Of a stretch of DNA of 64,000 nt, positions 25,756 to 38,379 are shown piece after piece; positions within the stretch are counted from its first letter, which is position 1, and every line of letters begins with the position of its first letter. Origin of the DNA: Convolutriloba macropyga. Lineage: Eukaryota. Made by a program: the position numbers and the translations under genes. Below the pieces are notes generated by a model that was not told where the DNA came from, did not search any database, and worked only from the letters and a program-made list of their open reading frames with translations. The DNA lies in contig NC_134473.1 in assembly GCF_964194025.1 (NCBI RefSeq), forward strand, positions 16,430,001-16,494,000. Direction: 5' to 3'.

Positions 25756-28700
25756 TCATTAGAGGTAATCAAAACTAGACAATTAGAGGGTAATATTGCT
25801 TGAATTAAAAAATTGTTTGATTTTTTCAAAATAGGCTTAGACTTTGACAAGAACCCATTCACTTTTGTCGTTGGCCTTGGCATTCTTTTTATCTGGAGCA
25901 TCTCAGAAATTGTCCAATAATTTGCCATCTGTTATTCCTAATGTAATTTTTGGTCTAACGATTTTAAATTCTTGTCCTCGAAAACGAGATAAACAGGTGA
26001 AGGCAGGAGGTCATTATGTCGCTGCGCAGCTCTCTTAGAGCCTTAATAGACTAAGTGTGCGACTCATCGAAACTGTTGAGCGGACAAAAATTCATGGTTT
26101 GAAGGGCGGCTCGTAGTCGTAGGATTTCACCGGAGTCAAATTGGCTACTAACGGAGTCAACCACTCGCTAGTTGTTTGAATGCAGGTGCAATTTTCCTGA
26201 CGTTATTAGGTTGTTTTAACATCATGTGCGAAACAGATTAAAAACCAGAAGTGTTTCGAGTATTTGAGGCGGCGGAGAGTCCCTAGTCGCAACAAATTTT
26301 CAACAATTTATTTTGTTTGCGGTTTTGCTTACCGCAAAAGAAAACGTCTTTGAGTAGCGATACAACATCTCATGGGAAAACAACTAAGTTGTAGCAGCAT
26401 CAATCAAAGTACTTGCGTTTGCCATTACGGCGGGAAAAAATCAGAGCAGGTAGATCTTTAATTTAAGGCCGTTCTAGGACGACAAATTTCTTTCAGGTTG
26501 ATAGCAGCAGTTTTTAAATCAAATTATTGCTTTTTCGCAACTTCGTTGAACTATTTTTTGTGTCGTAGATTAGAATCGTTAATTAATAGCCACCGTCGTC
26601 TCAGCCGGCTGTTATTGCAGCGCTAATTAATATTCAAGAATAAGATTGTAATGGAACGCAGTCTTTTTGGATCGTATTGAGGTGTTGTTTTTTTCTGACT
26701 CGAATAGTACTAACGATGACGTATTTTTACTAATCGGTGGGTGCTGGAGAAGTGCCGCTTTAAAAGAAATTTGAAGGAGAACAATTCGCGAAAATTTAGC
26801 GTCGGTTTGACTCTGAATAACTTCGGAGAGTAAAGAAGAGAGTGATTTTTGTTCATACAACTGTTTTCGACAGCAAATTTGTGTAGTGTAAAAAATTCTT
26901 GTCGAAGCTAGTCAAATTTTTTATTCAACGTCAGGCTTTTTTCACGCCGATAAAAAAATTTAATTATAAGCTCGTTTTCTTCTAACAACCCAAAAGAGGC
27001 GATAATGAAAAAATAATCTGTTTCGCAGTGTTCCGGCATTCAGAGGAGTTCAATAGTTAATGCTATTTTGGTGAGTTTCGAGCTACTTAATTGGGTTTTT
27101 CGATTATTATGTTATTTTTTGGCATGTTGTTCCCTTTTCTGATTTCTGTAAGAATTCGAAAGATGCCTAATGTTAGTTAAATTTCAAATGCATATTTAAC
27201 AGATCAACTTTTTTCTGTGAAAAATGTTTAATATGATTATTTGATGAAGTAAATGACGGTAATTAATTTTTTAAAGACCGATTTCTTCGTTTTTCAGTTT
27301 TCTATATTTTGTTTGGGAAAATTGTACATAATCTGGTGACTGCGCTTGACGCCAAAAATTTTATTCGAAAAGAAAACAAAGTTCATTATAGATGAAGCCC
27401 TGTTTCGAAGTTTTTGACCATAAAGCTATCAGAGATCGCCAAATCAATTGTTTATCGTGAATATTGTTGGGGTTAAAACCGTTTAATTTAGAAATTGAGT
27501 TCATTTTTATCTATCTGAAGCTTAAAGGAAATTCAATAGAGGTAATCAAAACTAGATAATTAGAGGGTAATATTGCTTGAAATAAAAAACTTTTTGATTT
27601 TTATTCTGAATAGGCATAGACTTTGACCAGAACCTCGTTAAATTTTGTCGATGGCCTTGGCGTTCTTTTTATCTGTGGCATCTCAAAAATTGTCCAATAA
27701 TTTGCCATCTATGTTATTCCTAATGTAATTTTTGGTCTGACGGTTTTAAATTTTTGTCCTCAAAAACGAGATAAACAGGTGAAGGCCGGAGATCATTAAG
27801 TTGCTGAGCAGCTCTCTTAGAGCCCTAATAGACTAAGTATGCGACTCATCGAAACTGTTGAGCGGACAAAAATTCATGGTTTGAAGGGCAGCTCTTAGTC
27901 GTAGGAGTTCCCGCACAGTCAGCCTCTCACCCCTACCCCCCCCCCCGCCGCCGCCGAAAGGCACACTTCGCGCTCACCGGAGTCAAATTGGCTTTTAACG
28001 GAGTCAACCACTCGCTATTTGTTTGAGCGCAAGCGCAATTTTCCTAACGTTTTTAGGTTATCTTTTAACATCATGTATAAAACAGATTGAAAAAAAGAAG
28101 TTGTTCGAGTTACTTGAGACAGCAGAGAATCCCTTGTCGCAACAAATTTTCAACAATTTAATTTTGCGGTTTTCTTCACCGCAAAAGAAAACGTCTTTTA
28201 GTAGCGATACAACATCTCACGGGAAAACAACTAAGTTGTATTAGCATCAATCTAAGTACTTGCGTTGGCCACTACGGCGCAGAAAAATTCAGAGCAGTTA
28301 GATCGTTAATTGAAGGCCGTTCTAGGACCACAAATTTCTTTCAGGTTGTTAGCAGCAGTTTTTGAATCAAATTATTGCTTTTTTGTCACTTCGTTGAACT
28401 ATTTTCTGTGTTCGTAGATTAGAATCTTTAGTTAATAGCCACCGTCGTCTCAGCCGGCTGTTATTGTAGCGTTAATTGATTTTCAAGAATAAGATTGTAT
28501 TGGAACGCAGTCTTTTTGGATCGTATTGAGGTGCTGATTTTTTTCTGACTCGAATAATACTAACGATGACGTATTTTTACTAATCGGTGGGTGCTGGAGA
28601 AGTGCCGCTTTAAAAAAATTTTGAAGGAGAACAATTCGCAAAAATTTAGCATCGGTCGTACTCTGAATAACTTCGGAGAGTAAATAAGAGAAGAATTTTT

Positions 28701-30062
28701 GTTCATACAACTGTTTTCGACAGCAAAAATTTGTACTGTGAAAAATGTTCTCGAAGTTAGTCAAATTTTTCAATCAACTTCCTGGTTTTTTCATTCCGAT
28801 AAGAATTTTTGATGATAAGGTCGTTTTCTACTAACAACCAAAAAGAGGCAATAATAAAAAATGAATCTGTTTCGCAGTGTTCCGACGTTCTTAGGAGTTC
28901 AATAGTTTATGCTAATTTGGAGAGTTTCGAGCTATTTAATTAGATTTTAGGTTAATATGTCGTTTTTCGGGATATTGTTCCCCTTTCTGATTTCTGTAAG
29001 AGTTCGAAAGATTCCTAATGCTAGTTAAATTTCGAATGCCTATAAAACAGATCACATTTTTTTTTGTGTAAAACGTTTAAAATGAATATTTGATGAAGTA
29101 AGTGACAGTAATTAGTTTTTTTAAAAACCGATTTCTTCTTTTTTTAAGTTTTCTATATTTTGTTTGGGAGACATGTACATAATCTGGTGACTGCGCTTGA
29201 CGTCAAAAATTTTAGTTGAAAAGAAAACAAAGTTTTTTTTATAGATGAAGCCCTGCTTCAAAGTTTTTGACCTTAAAGCTATCAGAGATCGCCAAACCAA
29301 TTGGTTCTCGTGACTTTTGTTGGGGTAAAATCCGTTTAATTTAGAAGTTGAGTTCATTTTTTCTATCTGAAGCTTAAAGAAAATTCAATAGAAGTAATCA
29401 AAACTAGATAATTAGAGGGTGATATTGCTTGAAATAAAAAAAAAATTGATTTTTTTTTCTAAATAGGCATAATTTTTGACAAGAACCCCATTAAATTTTG
29501 TCGTTGGCCCTGGCATTCTTTTTCTCTGGAACATCTCAAAAATTGTCCAACAATTTGCCATCTATGTTATTCCTAATGTTTTTTTTGGTCTGACAGTTTT
29601 AAATTTTTGTCCTCAAAAACGAGATAAACAGGTGAAGGCCGGAGGTTCTTAAGTTGCTGAGCAGCTCTCTTAGAGCCTTAATAGACTAAGTATGCGACTC
29701 ACCACAACTGTTGAGCAGGCAAAAAATCATGGTTTGCATTCATGTTTTTCAGTGTTAAATGTTTAACATAAAAAGTTTTTGAAGTAAATGACTACGTAAT
29801 CAGTTTTTTTAACCGATCTTTTTCTTTTTTTTCGATTTTTCTATATTTTGTTTGGGAAAATTGTACATAATCTGGTAGCTGAGCTTGACGTCGAAAATTA
29901 CAGTCAAAAGGAAAACAAATTTTGTTTATAGATGAAGCCCTGCTTCGAAGTTAATGACCTTAAAGCTATCAGAGATCGTCAAACCAATTGGTTCTCGTGA
30001 ATTTTGTTGGGATTAATACCTTTTAATTTAGAAGTTAAGTTCATTTTAATCTATCTGAAGCT
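25756..30062 (+). repeat. Tandem array of a ~1.8-kb unit (two full copies plus one internally deleted copy) built from family A/B pieces
   Basis: AGA(G/A)GTAATCAAAACTAGA recurs at ~25761, 27538 and 29390. Full units contain the family B AAAACGAGATAAACAGG block and 3' end, and a family A 5' end (26584, 28432). Confidence 0.85.
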
Positions 30063-30469
30063 GAACTCCAACTGTGAATACTTTCTGACACTTCGCATCT
30101 TCTTTTATTTGTTTCATTAGGGCTTTGTTAGTTGAGCATTAACTGATTGTCGCGCCACATCGTTTTTATTGGAAACGCAATTAACGATAAGTTTGGTTTA
30201 AGTTCAAAAAAGTGCTCTGTTAAAATTGTTTGAAACGTCTCTGCCAGCCGGGAACTAATATGGATAAATGTCAATTGCGAGAAGAGAGTGAGAGAATGTT
30301 TGTTTTAAAATAAAGTTCTGGTTGTTTCCAAAAGGCATCTAAAAGTATTTATCCGGGAGTTAATGACTATTGAATCTAAATTCAGAAGTAGAAATAGTTA
30401 CACTTTGTTGAACCCGTGTGCACTGATTTTGAACGGTTGAATACGTTTGAATTACTCAAAAACGTTACT

Positions 30470-32972
30470 TGTTTTTTACGAATTTCAAATCCTCTCAAAA
30501 AGTGCTGAAAACAGCTGTAAGCGATCACTATGCCTTTAAATTACTATTTTCTGAAAATACCAAATTTTCCAACAAAAAATGTAATAAGATACAAGTATGG
30601 GCAAAATTACAGAACCCAGATACTCTCAATCAAATAAGAGCAAAAATTGTGTCTTACAGCAACTTTCTGCTCAAGAAAAAATTAAATTCCATCAATTGCA
30701 ATGAGTCATTGATTAAATTTCAAGACTTTTTAAACATTGAACTGAACAAAATAACTCCGGAAGAACTCCATCTGTTAGAAACAAGAGAAACTGGATTGAC
30801 AACGAATTTTAAAATGCTGCTAAAAAACATCGCTTAAGGCAATTGCATTTAAAAGAAAAATCTTCATCAGCCAAAGAGAAATATGAAAATCAATCCAAAG
30901 TGGTAAAGAAACTTTTCAGGAAAAAGATGAGACAATACTATCAAACAAAAACAAATAAAAAAGCTGGTCAAAACACTCGAAACTTTTTTGATGCTGTAGA
31001 AATAATGGGTGAATCCAAAAACCTAGAGCTTAAGGAAGTAGAGTCAAAACTGGAATAGTTTAATAATTTCTTTGCAGACATAGGGAAAAAACTTACAGAA
31101 AAGTTTAGTGCTAAACGCAGTGAGAACCACACAAAGAAAAATGTCAACAGTCTTTTTCTCCAATAACAATAATAACGGAGATAAACAAAAATTAGTGTGA
31201 TCTGAAAAACAAATGCAGTGTAGATGCTTTCAATTTGAATAACTATTGCATACGGTTGCTTGCGCCAGCAAGTTCACCTTTTCTATGCGAAGTCTTCAAC
31301 TCTTGTCTAAATTTTGGTTTGTTTCCTGATTGCCTGAATTGCAAAAGTCCCAATATTCAAGGAAGGGGACGAAAGTGATCCATCAAATTATCGTCCGATA
31401 TCACTGCTACCGGTGGTAAGTAAAGTTTTTACAATCTACGACAGAATTATTGTTTTCCATAATAAAGAAAAAGTGTTAAATGAAAATCATTTTAGTTTTA
31501 GACAAAACTGCAGCATATTTGATGCACTGGTAGAACTCAGCGAAAACTAAATTGGCTAAGTATTAAAAAGAAAAAGATCAGTACTTTCTTGGACCTCAAA
31601 GAAGCCTTTGACACCGTGGACCACCAAATCTTACTAGCAAAGTGCTCTAGTTATGGTCTAAGAGGACATGTTTTGAAAGTTTTTGAAGTCATATTTGAGC
31701 AGAAGACTTCAATACACTGAAATAGGCTCAAAGAATTTATCCATGAGGAGCATAGAAATTGGTGTCCCACAAGGCTCAATAATGGGTCCTTTGCTTTTTA
31801 TTATATACATAAATGACCTGACCCTAGAAAAATCTGACATAAATTCCATCCTCTTTTCAGATGACACTGTAGTTTATAGAAAAAGTAAAACCAAAACAAA
31901 TGAAACTAAAATCAATGTAATTCTTCAGAAAACGAAAACAGCCTCCTGGTTGAAAAGAAATCGACTGACTTTAAACGTCGAGAAGACAAAATGCGTCGAT
32001 TTTTTGAAAAGAGTGCAAAAGAAGTCTGAAAGGGTGTATATTAACAGTAACACAATCCATAATGTTGAAACTTTTAAGTATCTAGGTGTGCAGATAGACC
32101 ATAAATTAAGTTTTAAAGAACATGCTGAAAATTTAATGAAAAGAATGTTGGGTTTCTGCTCTCTTCTCTACCGAATTAGGAAGGTCCTAACAACAGTTCA
32201 GTTATTTCAAGTCTAACGTATGTACAACAAGTAATTCAATACGGAGTTTTAGTTTACGCTAACACAAGCAATCAAGTACTCAAACCCCTGAATCAAATAG
32301 TGAAAAGAATAGCCAGAATCATTACATACAAAAAAAGGTTTGACTCCAAAACAAGTTAGCGGAAAGAACCGCTACTCTATAATATATCAGAGCTCCGCCC
32401 GTATGAAATACGCAAGATGGCAATAAAAATAATACAAAAAGAATGTTAAATCCCAATTTTAAAAAACTGTATTTCAAGGGAAGAGCTTCCCAAAATAACA
32501 AATGCGCGAAACAGTTCTCGCAAATTGTGTTTATTTAAGAACAAGTTTGTCAACTTCTCACTGCAACCAAAAGTTCGTAAAATGGTTAATTGCTTGCTAA
32601 ATGTTTCCCCAATTTTGACCAATTGATTTTTGATCTTTCAAAGCGGCAAGTAAAAGACTTTTGTCACAAGTTTTTGGAATTATATATTATTGACAACGAT
32701 GAGTTGCTATCTTGGTTTAAAATTTAAGAACAAACCGAGTACTAAACTCGTTTTTTTAATGTAGCAAGAAAAATTTCATAATCTTTACATATAATCTTTG
32801 ATGTGTACAATCTCTTTCGCTAGAGATACTTGAAAACATGCCAACCTTGGCCTAAAAGTGTTCGCCTGGAGTTTTTAATTCATTAATGAATTTCGATATT
32901 AACTTCTAAATGTAAAAGAGCAAGTTTCTTCTTTTTCTAATCAATACTCTGGAAACAATTTATTATTATTAA
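30470..32972 (+). mobile_element. Decayed 5'-truncated L2/CR1-group LINE (end of APE domain plus RT)
   Basis: SDHY (APE C-terminal motif, ~30520), PSNYRPISLLPVVSKVF, FLDLKEAFDTVDH, GVPQGSIMGPLLFIIYINDL, LFSDDT and FKYLGVQID. Multiple stops and frameshifts; short (TTA)n tail at ~32960. Confidence 0.9.
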
Positions 32973-34151
32973 TAGCTTTTATGAGACTTTGGCCAATCTT
33001 AACAGCAAAAAACCGTAGTTAGTAATGGCGTACTTTTTTTTAATTTCTGGAAGTTACTTGTCAAAAGCATATTATAGTTTCATACATAACCACTCAATAG
33101 TGCAAGACTGTAATTCCGAGACTTGACAGTGTAATTCAGAAAATATGACTATTCAAACTAAAATTAAAATTTGAAAATTTAAAAAAATTTATTAAAATTT
33201 AACAAGAAGAAGTATGTTGATTGGACCGTACAAAATCTCGTTTGTATGGTGAATTCAAAAGTTTTTGATCACTATGAACAAATTTCACTTGGGACATAAG
33301 GCTCCATACGCAAAACTATCAAATAATTACCGGGTGTTCTGTAGCTGGGGGCGCATAATGTACTGGGGGATGTGTCGCAAATGAAACAATTCCAAAAATC
33401 ATATCCATTTATTTCAAAGTATCAAAAATTACATTGATATTAGAGTCCAGACCTTACAAAATAACAATCTCCAAGTACAAACTTTCCATATGTCGTGATT
33501 TAACTTTGAGACCTAAAGAACTCCTCTGGGCATATGACACAGAAATCGGTCAAGTTGATTGATGGGGGCTACCATGTTCCAACAAAAAATCAATCAAAAA
33601 ATTTTGTACATTTTGACGCCATATTTGCACATTAACAGCGTTTTCTGTTGCAAAATTTTACTGCGTCAACAAGATAAAGAATTGTAATTGATTTTAATGA
33701 TTAGTTTTGAGATATTCAGAAACAGCACGCACCAAAAATAATTTAAAACCTCATTTCTTTGGCCTCTATTACATCCACACAAAAACTCCCAGAATCAGTG
33801 AGCAGACAAAAGATCTCGATGATCTAGAGATCTTTTTAAAAAACTTTTCGAAAACACAGCAGTAATTTTCACATAAGTAATTTTTATAACACATAAATTG
33901 GGTATTTTGAAGATTTGAGAATTCAAACTAAAAATTACGATAACGTCAAATTTTTCATAAAATATGTTGACTACTTACAAAGAAACTACCATAAATTAAC
34001 TGCTCAATAGAAAATATGCCAAAAAGTGAACAGTGCTGATGGCAGAGGCAACAAAAACTTTTTGAAATCAAAATTGCAAGGCGAATTTCCGATTTTTCAA
34101 GTACACTTACTCGACTTTTCTACTTTTTTGCACTACAATTCTCCGTGTCCG

Positions 34152-34281
34152 GACATAACAGTCCCAGGCAAAACAGTCCCAGACAAAATGGTCCCAGACA
34201 AAATAGTTCTAGATTGCAAAACAGTCCCAGACAAAATTGTCCGAAGAAAACAGACAAAACAGTCTCAGACAAAACAGTCCC
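34152..34281 (+). repeat. 15-bp tandem repeat (GACAAAACAGTCCCA), possibly subterminal repeats of a DNA transposon
   Basis: About seven degenerate copies; these account for the repetitive ORFs at 34026-34346. Confidence 0.8.
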
Positions 34282-34362
34282 GCACAAAGCGCTCGTTAGA
34301 CAGATCAAAAAGAAAGTGCAGCTTTGATCTTGAAAGAAAACTTTGAAGTCGGAAAATTAAAA

Positions 34363-34428
34363 TCACCGTGGCGCAGTAGTGTGTGCTCTGGACGCACATT
34401 TGGAGGTCACTGGTTCGAGTGCCAAACT
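34363..34428 (+). pseudogene. tRNA-derived remnant (pseudo-tRNA or SINE head)
   Basis: Pol III A box TGGCGCAGTAG and B box GGTTCGAGTGC at tRNA spacing, but no intact acceptor or anticodon stems. Confidence 0.5.
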
Positions 34429-37400
34429 TTCACAGATTTTGACTCAACGCATTAATTAATGAAAGTTAATGCGACAAACAAGCCAAACTGAATCAAATTA
34501 TCAAAATATTAAAAGTGGACGCAAAACTAGTTGTTGAACTCAATAACATGTTTAGTTTTAATTGTGAAGCATATAAAAGAGTGTCTCACGATGTTTGGCG
34601 TCGTAATTTGGACGCAAATTGTTAATATGGAATTCATTCAGACAAACAAATACGCTGCTGTATTACAAAATGAAATAAAATCAATTCTCAAAGATCCTGA
34701 CTCTTTGTTAATCTTTTTGGCTTGGATGGTCAACAACTTGTGAATTAGACCGAATTCAGAGAAAACCTAAATGTCGATTAGATTGGAAAAGTCCATCGCA
34801 ATGCTAATTGTGGATTAAAAAGACAATTATCAGTTTTGCGGCAACTCATATCACTGATCACAAGAAAAAGTAAGTCTTTACGATACACCAGAACAAAAGT
34901 GAAATACTCAATGAATTGCTGGTGGGCAGAATATACTATCGAAATTCTGACTCCGTAACTTTTATTTTAGCCTAACAGTTGAAAAACGTAAAAAAATTGT
35001 AAATAATTCAGTCTTTGTTTTGACGGTAAAACAATTTGACAAGGATTTGAGTTCTTTGTGTTACACTTGCAGTTGTGGTGATGATAGCAGTTGATGAAAT
35101 GCTCAACAGGTTTCCTTAAAGATGCTGAAGTCACCTTTTGTTCCTCGAGTTTATCAACGCTGAGAACTGTAATTAAAATATTACACTTTTCCTAGCAAAA
35201 TATCGCGAATTCAGAAAAAATTGTTTGCGTGGAACAGAACAAAATTAGTATAACTGTATAATTTAGTAACTGTATAATTTAGTATAATTTATAGTTCAAA
35301 AGCTGAGAGCCTATAGAATACATCGTTTTGCTGTGAAGCCCACCCAAGAGTTGGAATTGAGAACCATAGCCAACTTGGAAGTGAGACACACTCAAAAAAT
35401 TTTATCAACTGTCAGTTTATTCTCATTTAATTTAATTTCTCTTGAGATACGATTTTAATGCGAATGAAATACATAGTACATCAAAGGAGGCCAGCAAATA
35501 AACCAACAACGATAAGATAAAATATGATCAAGCAGTTGAAGTCCTCTAAGGTACTTGGGACCATTCAGAGTACATGTGATAGCCTGAAGTTATTACCTGC
35601 TTCAATTACCCGGTTCGAAAAATTTAAGATAAAGCTAGCAACGCATTCATAACCTGAATTAATTGAAAGTAGATATCTAGAGTGCCGCTTTCAATACCGC
35701 GAATAATAAACAAAATGCAATTAATCTTGAAAGGTAGAAAATCATAAGATCTAATTCAAGATAACTTCATTTTAATGACAGATTTTTCAAGATCAATTAA
35801 GAATTCTTGGCGTATATTGGTAGACATTCAGCATACAAAAACATAAAACATAGAAAGTGTGAGCCATATTCTGCTCGCAATGAGAAAAAGCAACGCAATC
35901 TTTACTTCATATATACATCACAAGTTTTGTCGCTTTTTAAAATTTGATGCTTTTTGAAATTGGAATAAACCAAAACACGTTTGGAATTAATAGAAGCATG
36001 TATGTTTATATCGATATAAAAGATGATTTTAGTGCATTGGACCCTAACTATAAGAGAAGTTGCCCCGGCTTCATTTTTTCTACCACTCTAGAGGAGCAAG
36101 GAACGATCACAGATTCTTTTGATCATTAATTTTCTATTTTATTGACGTAAAAAAGACGATTCTTACCCCTGTAATGGTATCCCTGTAAAAAAACCAGTCG
36201 AGTGTCCACTTTTAGTTTAGTTTTTGAGTTATTGAGTAGAAACTTCGATGAGGTAAAATCTTGTGAATATCGGTCAAAATTTACGGCTTTTCTTTGTTCA
36301 ATTTTTCAATCTTTTATTAAAATTTTGCGTCATTTCGCTTAAATTTGCTAAAACTTAACATCATCTGGGAAATATTTTATTTTTAAAACCGAAAAGAAAA
36401 AATTGTTTATCCACATTGTAGAATACTTTCGGTCTGTTTTTACAAATGTTGGTCTGTTTTTTCTACCGTTCTTTTAACAATGTTTAGCTAAATTTGTCCA
36501 ATTTTCTGGCCTTTTAAGCATCGGTTTAAATTCTGCTAAAGCAAAGTTTATTCAAATATGGGAGCTAATAGCAAATTTTATGCCTACTGCAATTGTACAT
36601 GCTGAATGTTTTGGAATTATTTTACTTCAGAAATAAAAGAAAAAAATGTGACACCACATGAACCTTTTTCATAACGACATTCATATATCAACGCAATCAA
36701 CCTAAAGGCTTCTGTTTTAGCTGAGTGATCCAATGTTCATATCAGAAAATAGGTTGATTTTATCCAGTTGTTTTCTATTATTGTCCATATGCAAAACCAA
36801 TACTAATTTAAATTGTACCATCTGAAAAAACTAACTACGCAGCTTGAACGTTTTGTGCGTGCCAGTTCGCCTTGTAAATTATTCTACATTCAGTTTCACA
36901 AATCTTAAAAAAACGTGACACTAAAAGCTTTCCACACGACACCAGAAACGTGAAATTTTAATTGCAATTCTTTAACACCAAAAATGAAATTAATAGACAA
37001 GCCAGTGTTGTTGCTTGGTATTTCACTAAGATAATCAGTTTAATTGGAAACAAGCTGTTCTTTTTTTCGGAACTTTTTCTGAAATAATTGAAGAATGAAA
37101 TTTAACTTCAGATATAGAAAACCTTGTCATGTCTTTTTTATAGTTCTCATGGCCTGCAGTTGAACGCTTGTCAGACGCTTTCATAATACAAAAAGTTGAA
37201 AACTTTTGAACCGTCCATTTATTTATTGTATTTATAGAACGCAAAAGAACAAGTCGCACTCACGAATCTGTGTTATGGCAAGTATTTAGCGAACTAAGAG
37301 AAAAGTATCACAAAACCATCTACTTGAGTTTCCATTTTAAAAAAGTAGTTTTGAAAGCTGTAAAGATCAGTACTTTTTTCATAAAAAATGTTCAACGCTT

Positions 37401-37877
37401 TTAAATTCTTTTCAAAATCAAGTTAATAAAAAGGCTATTACAAAAATCTCATTAATTGTTTACAAAAGATAATATTTGAAATTAAAATTGAATTTGCTTG
37501 TTGCTCCAACGAGTTTAAGTTTTGTAGTTATCAAGTCTCTTTCTTGCTTCCTACAGGCGCATAGAGTTACTTGAATGAAGGGCTCAATTAGTTTGCTTTT
37601 AAATGTTGAATAGTAAAAACTAACTATTTCCTGCCTTTAAAAAAACTTTTTTTTTATTTCATCGAGAATTTTGAGCATTGACTACTGATATTCAAGCACT
37701 GTCTTGTTTTTAGCATGATTTTTAGCAAATTCAAGCAAAAATTTAAAAAATAGGATAAAAGAAAAAATAGTAATTAGCCAAACCCATTTTCAATTGAACT
37801 ACCTCATCTAACGCCTGTGCAATTAAAAAGTTTCATGAGTTGAAAGAGTTCGTCCTCATTTTTTTTATTTATACATC

Positions 37878-38260
37878 AACATAGCTGGCAGATTGCTCGA
37901 AAATAGCGGCAATTGCTTCGTAAGATGTAGTCGCAAAATGAGTATAAGAAACAGACCAAAAAGAAGGTTCTTTTTATCGAATGCTGAGTTGTTGTATTTT
38001 GATTAGGAATCTGTTAATTTTGTGGCTGCTTCTATTAGCAGCTCCCAAATAAACTTCAATTAGAGTGACACGCGTTCACTTGAACTTATCTTTTTCAATT
38101 AAGTTAAAACAGGTCATTTTCGGAGTAAAGAAATAATTCTTGAGAGTGAGGTAAGTCATGAGATCAAAATTTAAAAATTTGAATGAACAAAAATCTCTCT
38201 CCACGTAGAGAGAAAAAGGAAGGCACGCGCGCAATTCAGTTGAAAAAGCATGAATATTTA
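37878..38260 (-). mobile_element. Diverged family A module, 3' part
   Basis: Reverse complement of the GCCGCTATTTTCGAGCAATCTGCCAGCTATGTT end; body related to 2900-3280. Confidence 0.55.
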
Positions 38261-38379
38261 CCTCTGTTTTTCTAAGATGACTACTGAATTCCAACATTGG
38301 ATGTTACCAGCAGATTAGTTTGTAATGTTTAGTAATTAGGAACTGCTAGTGCGCCGAAATTGTTAAATTTTACAATCCA

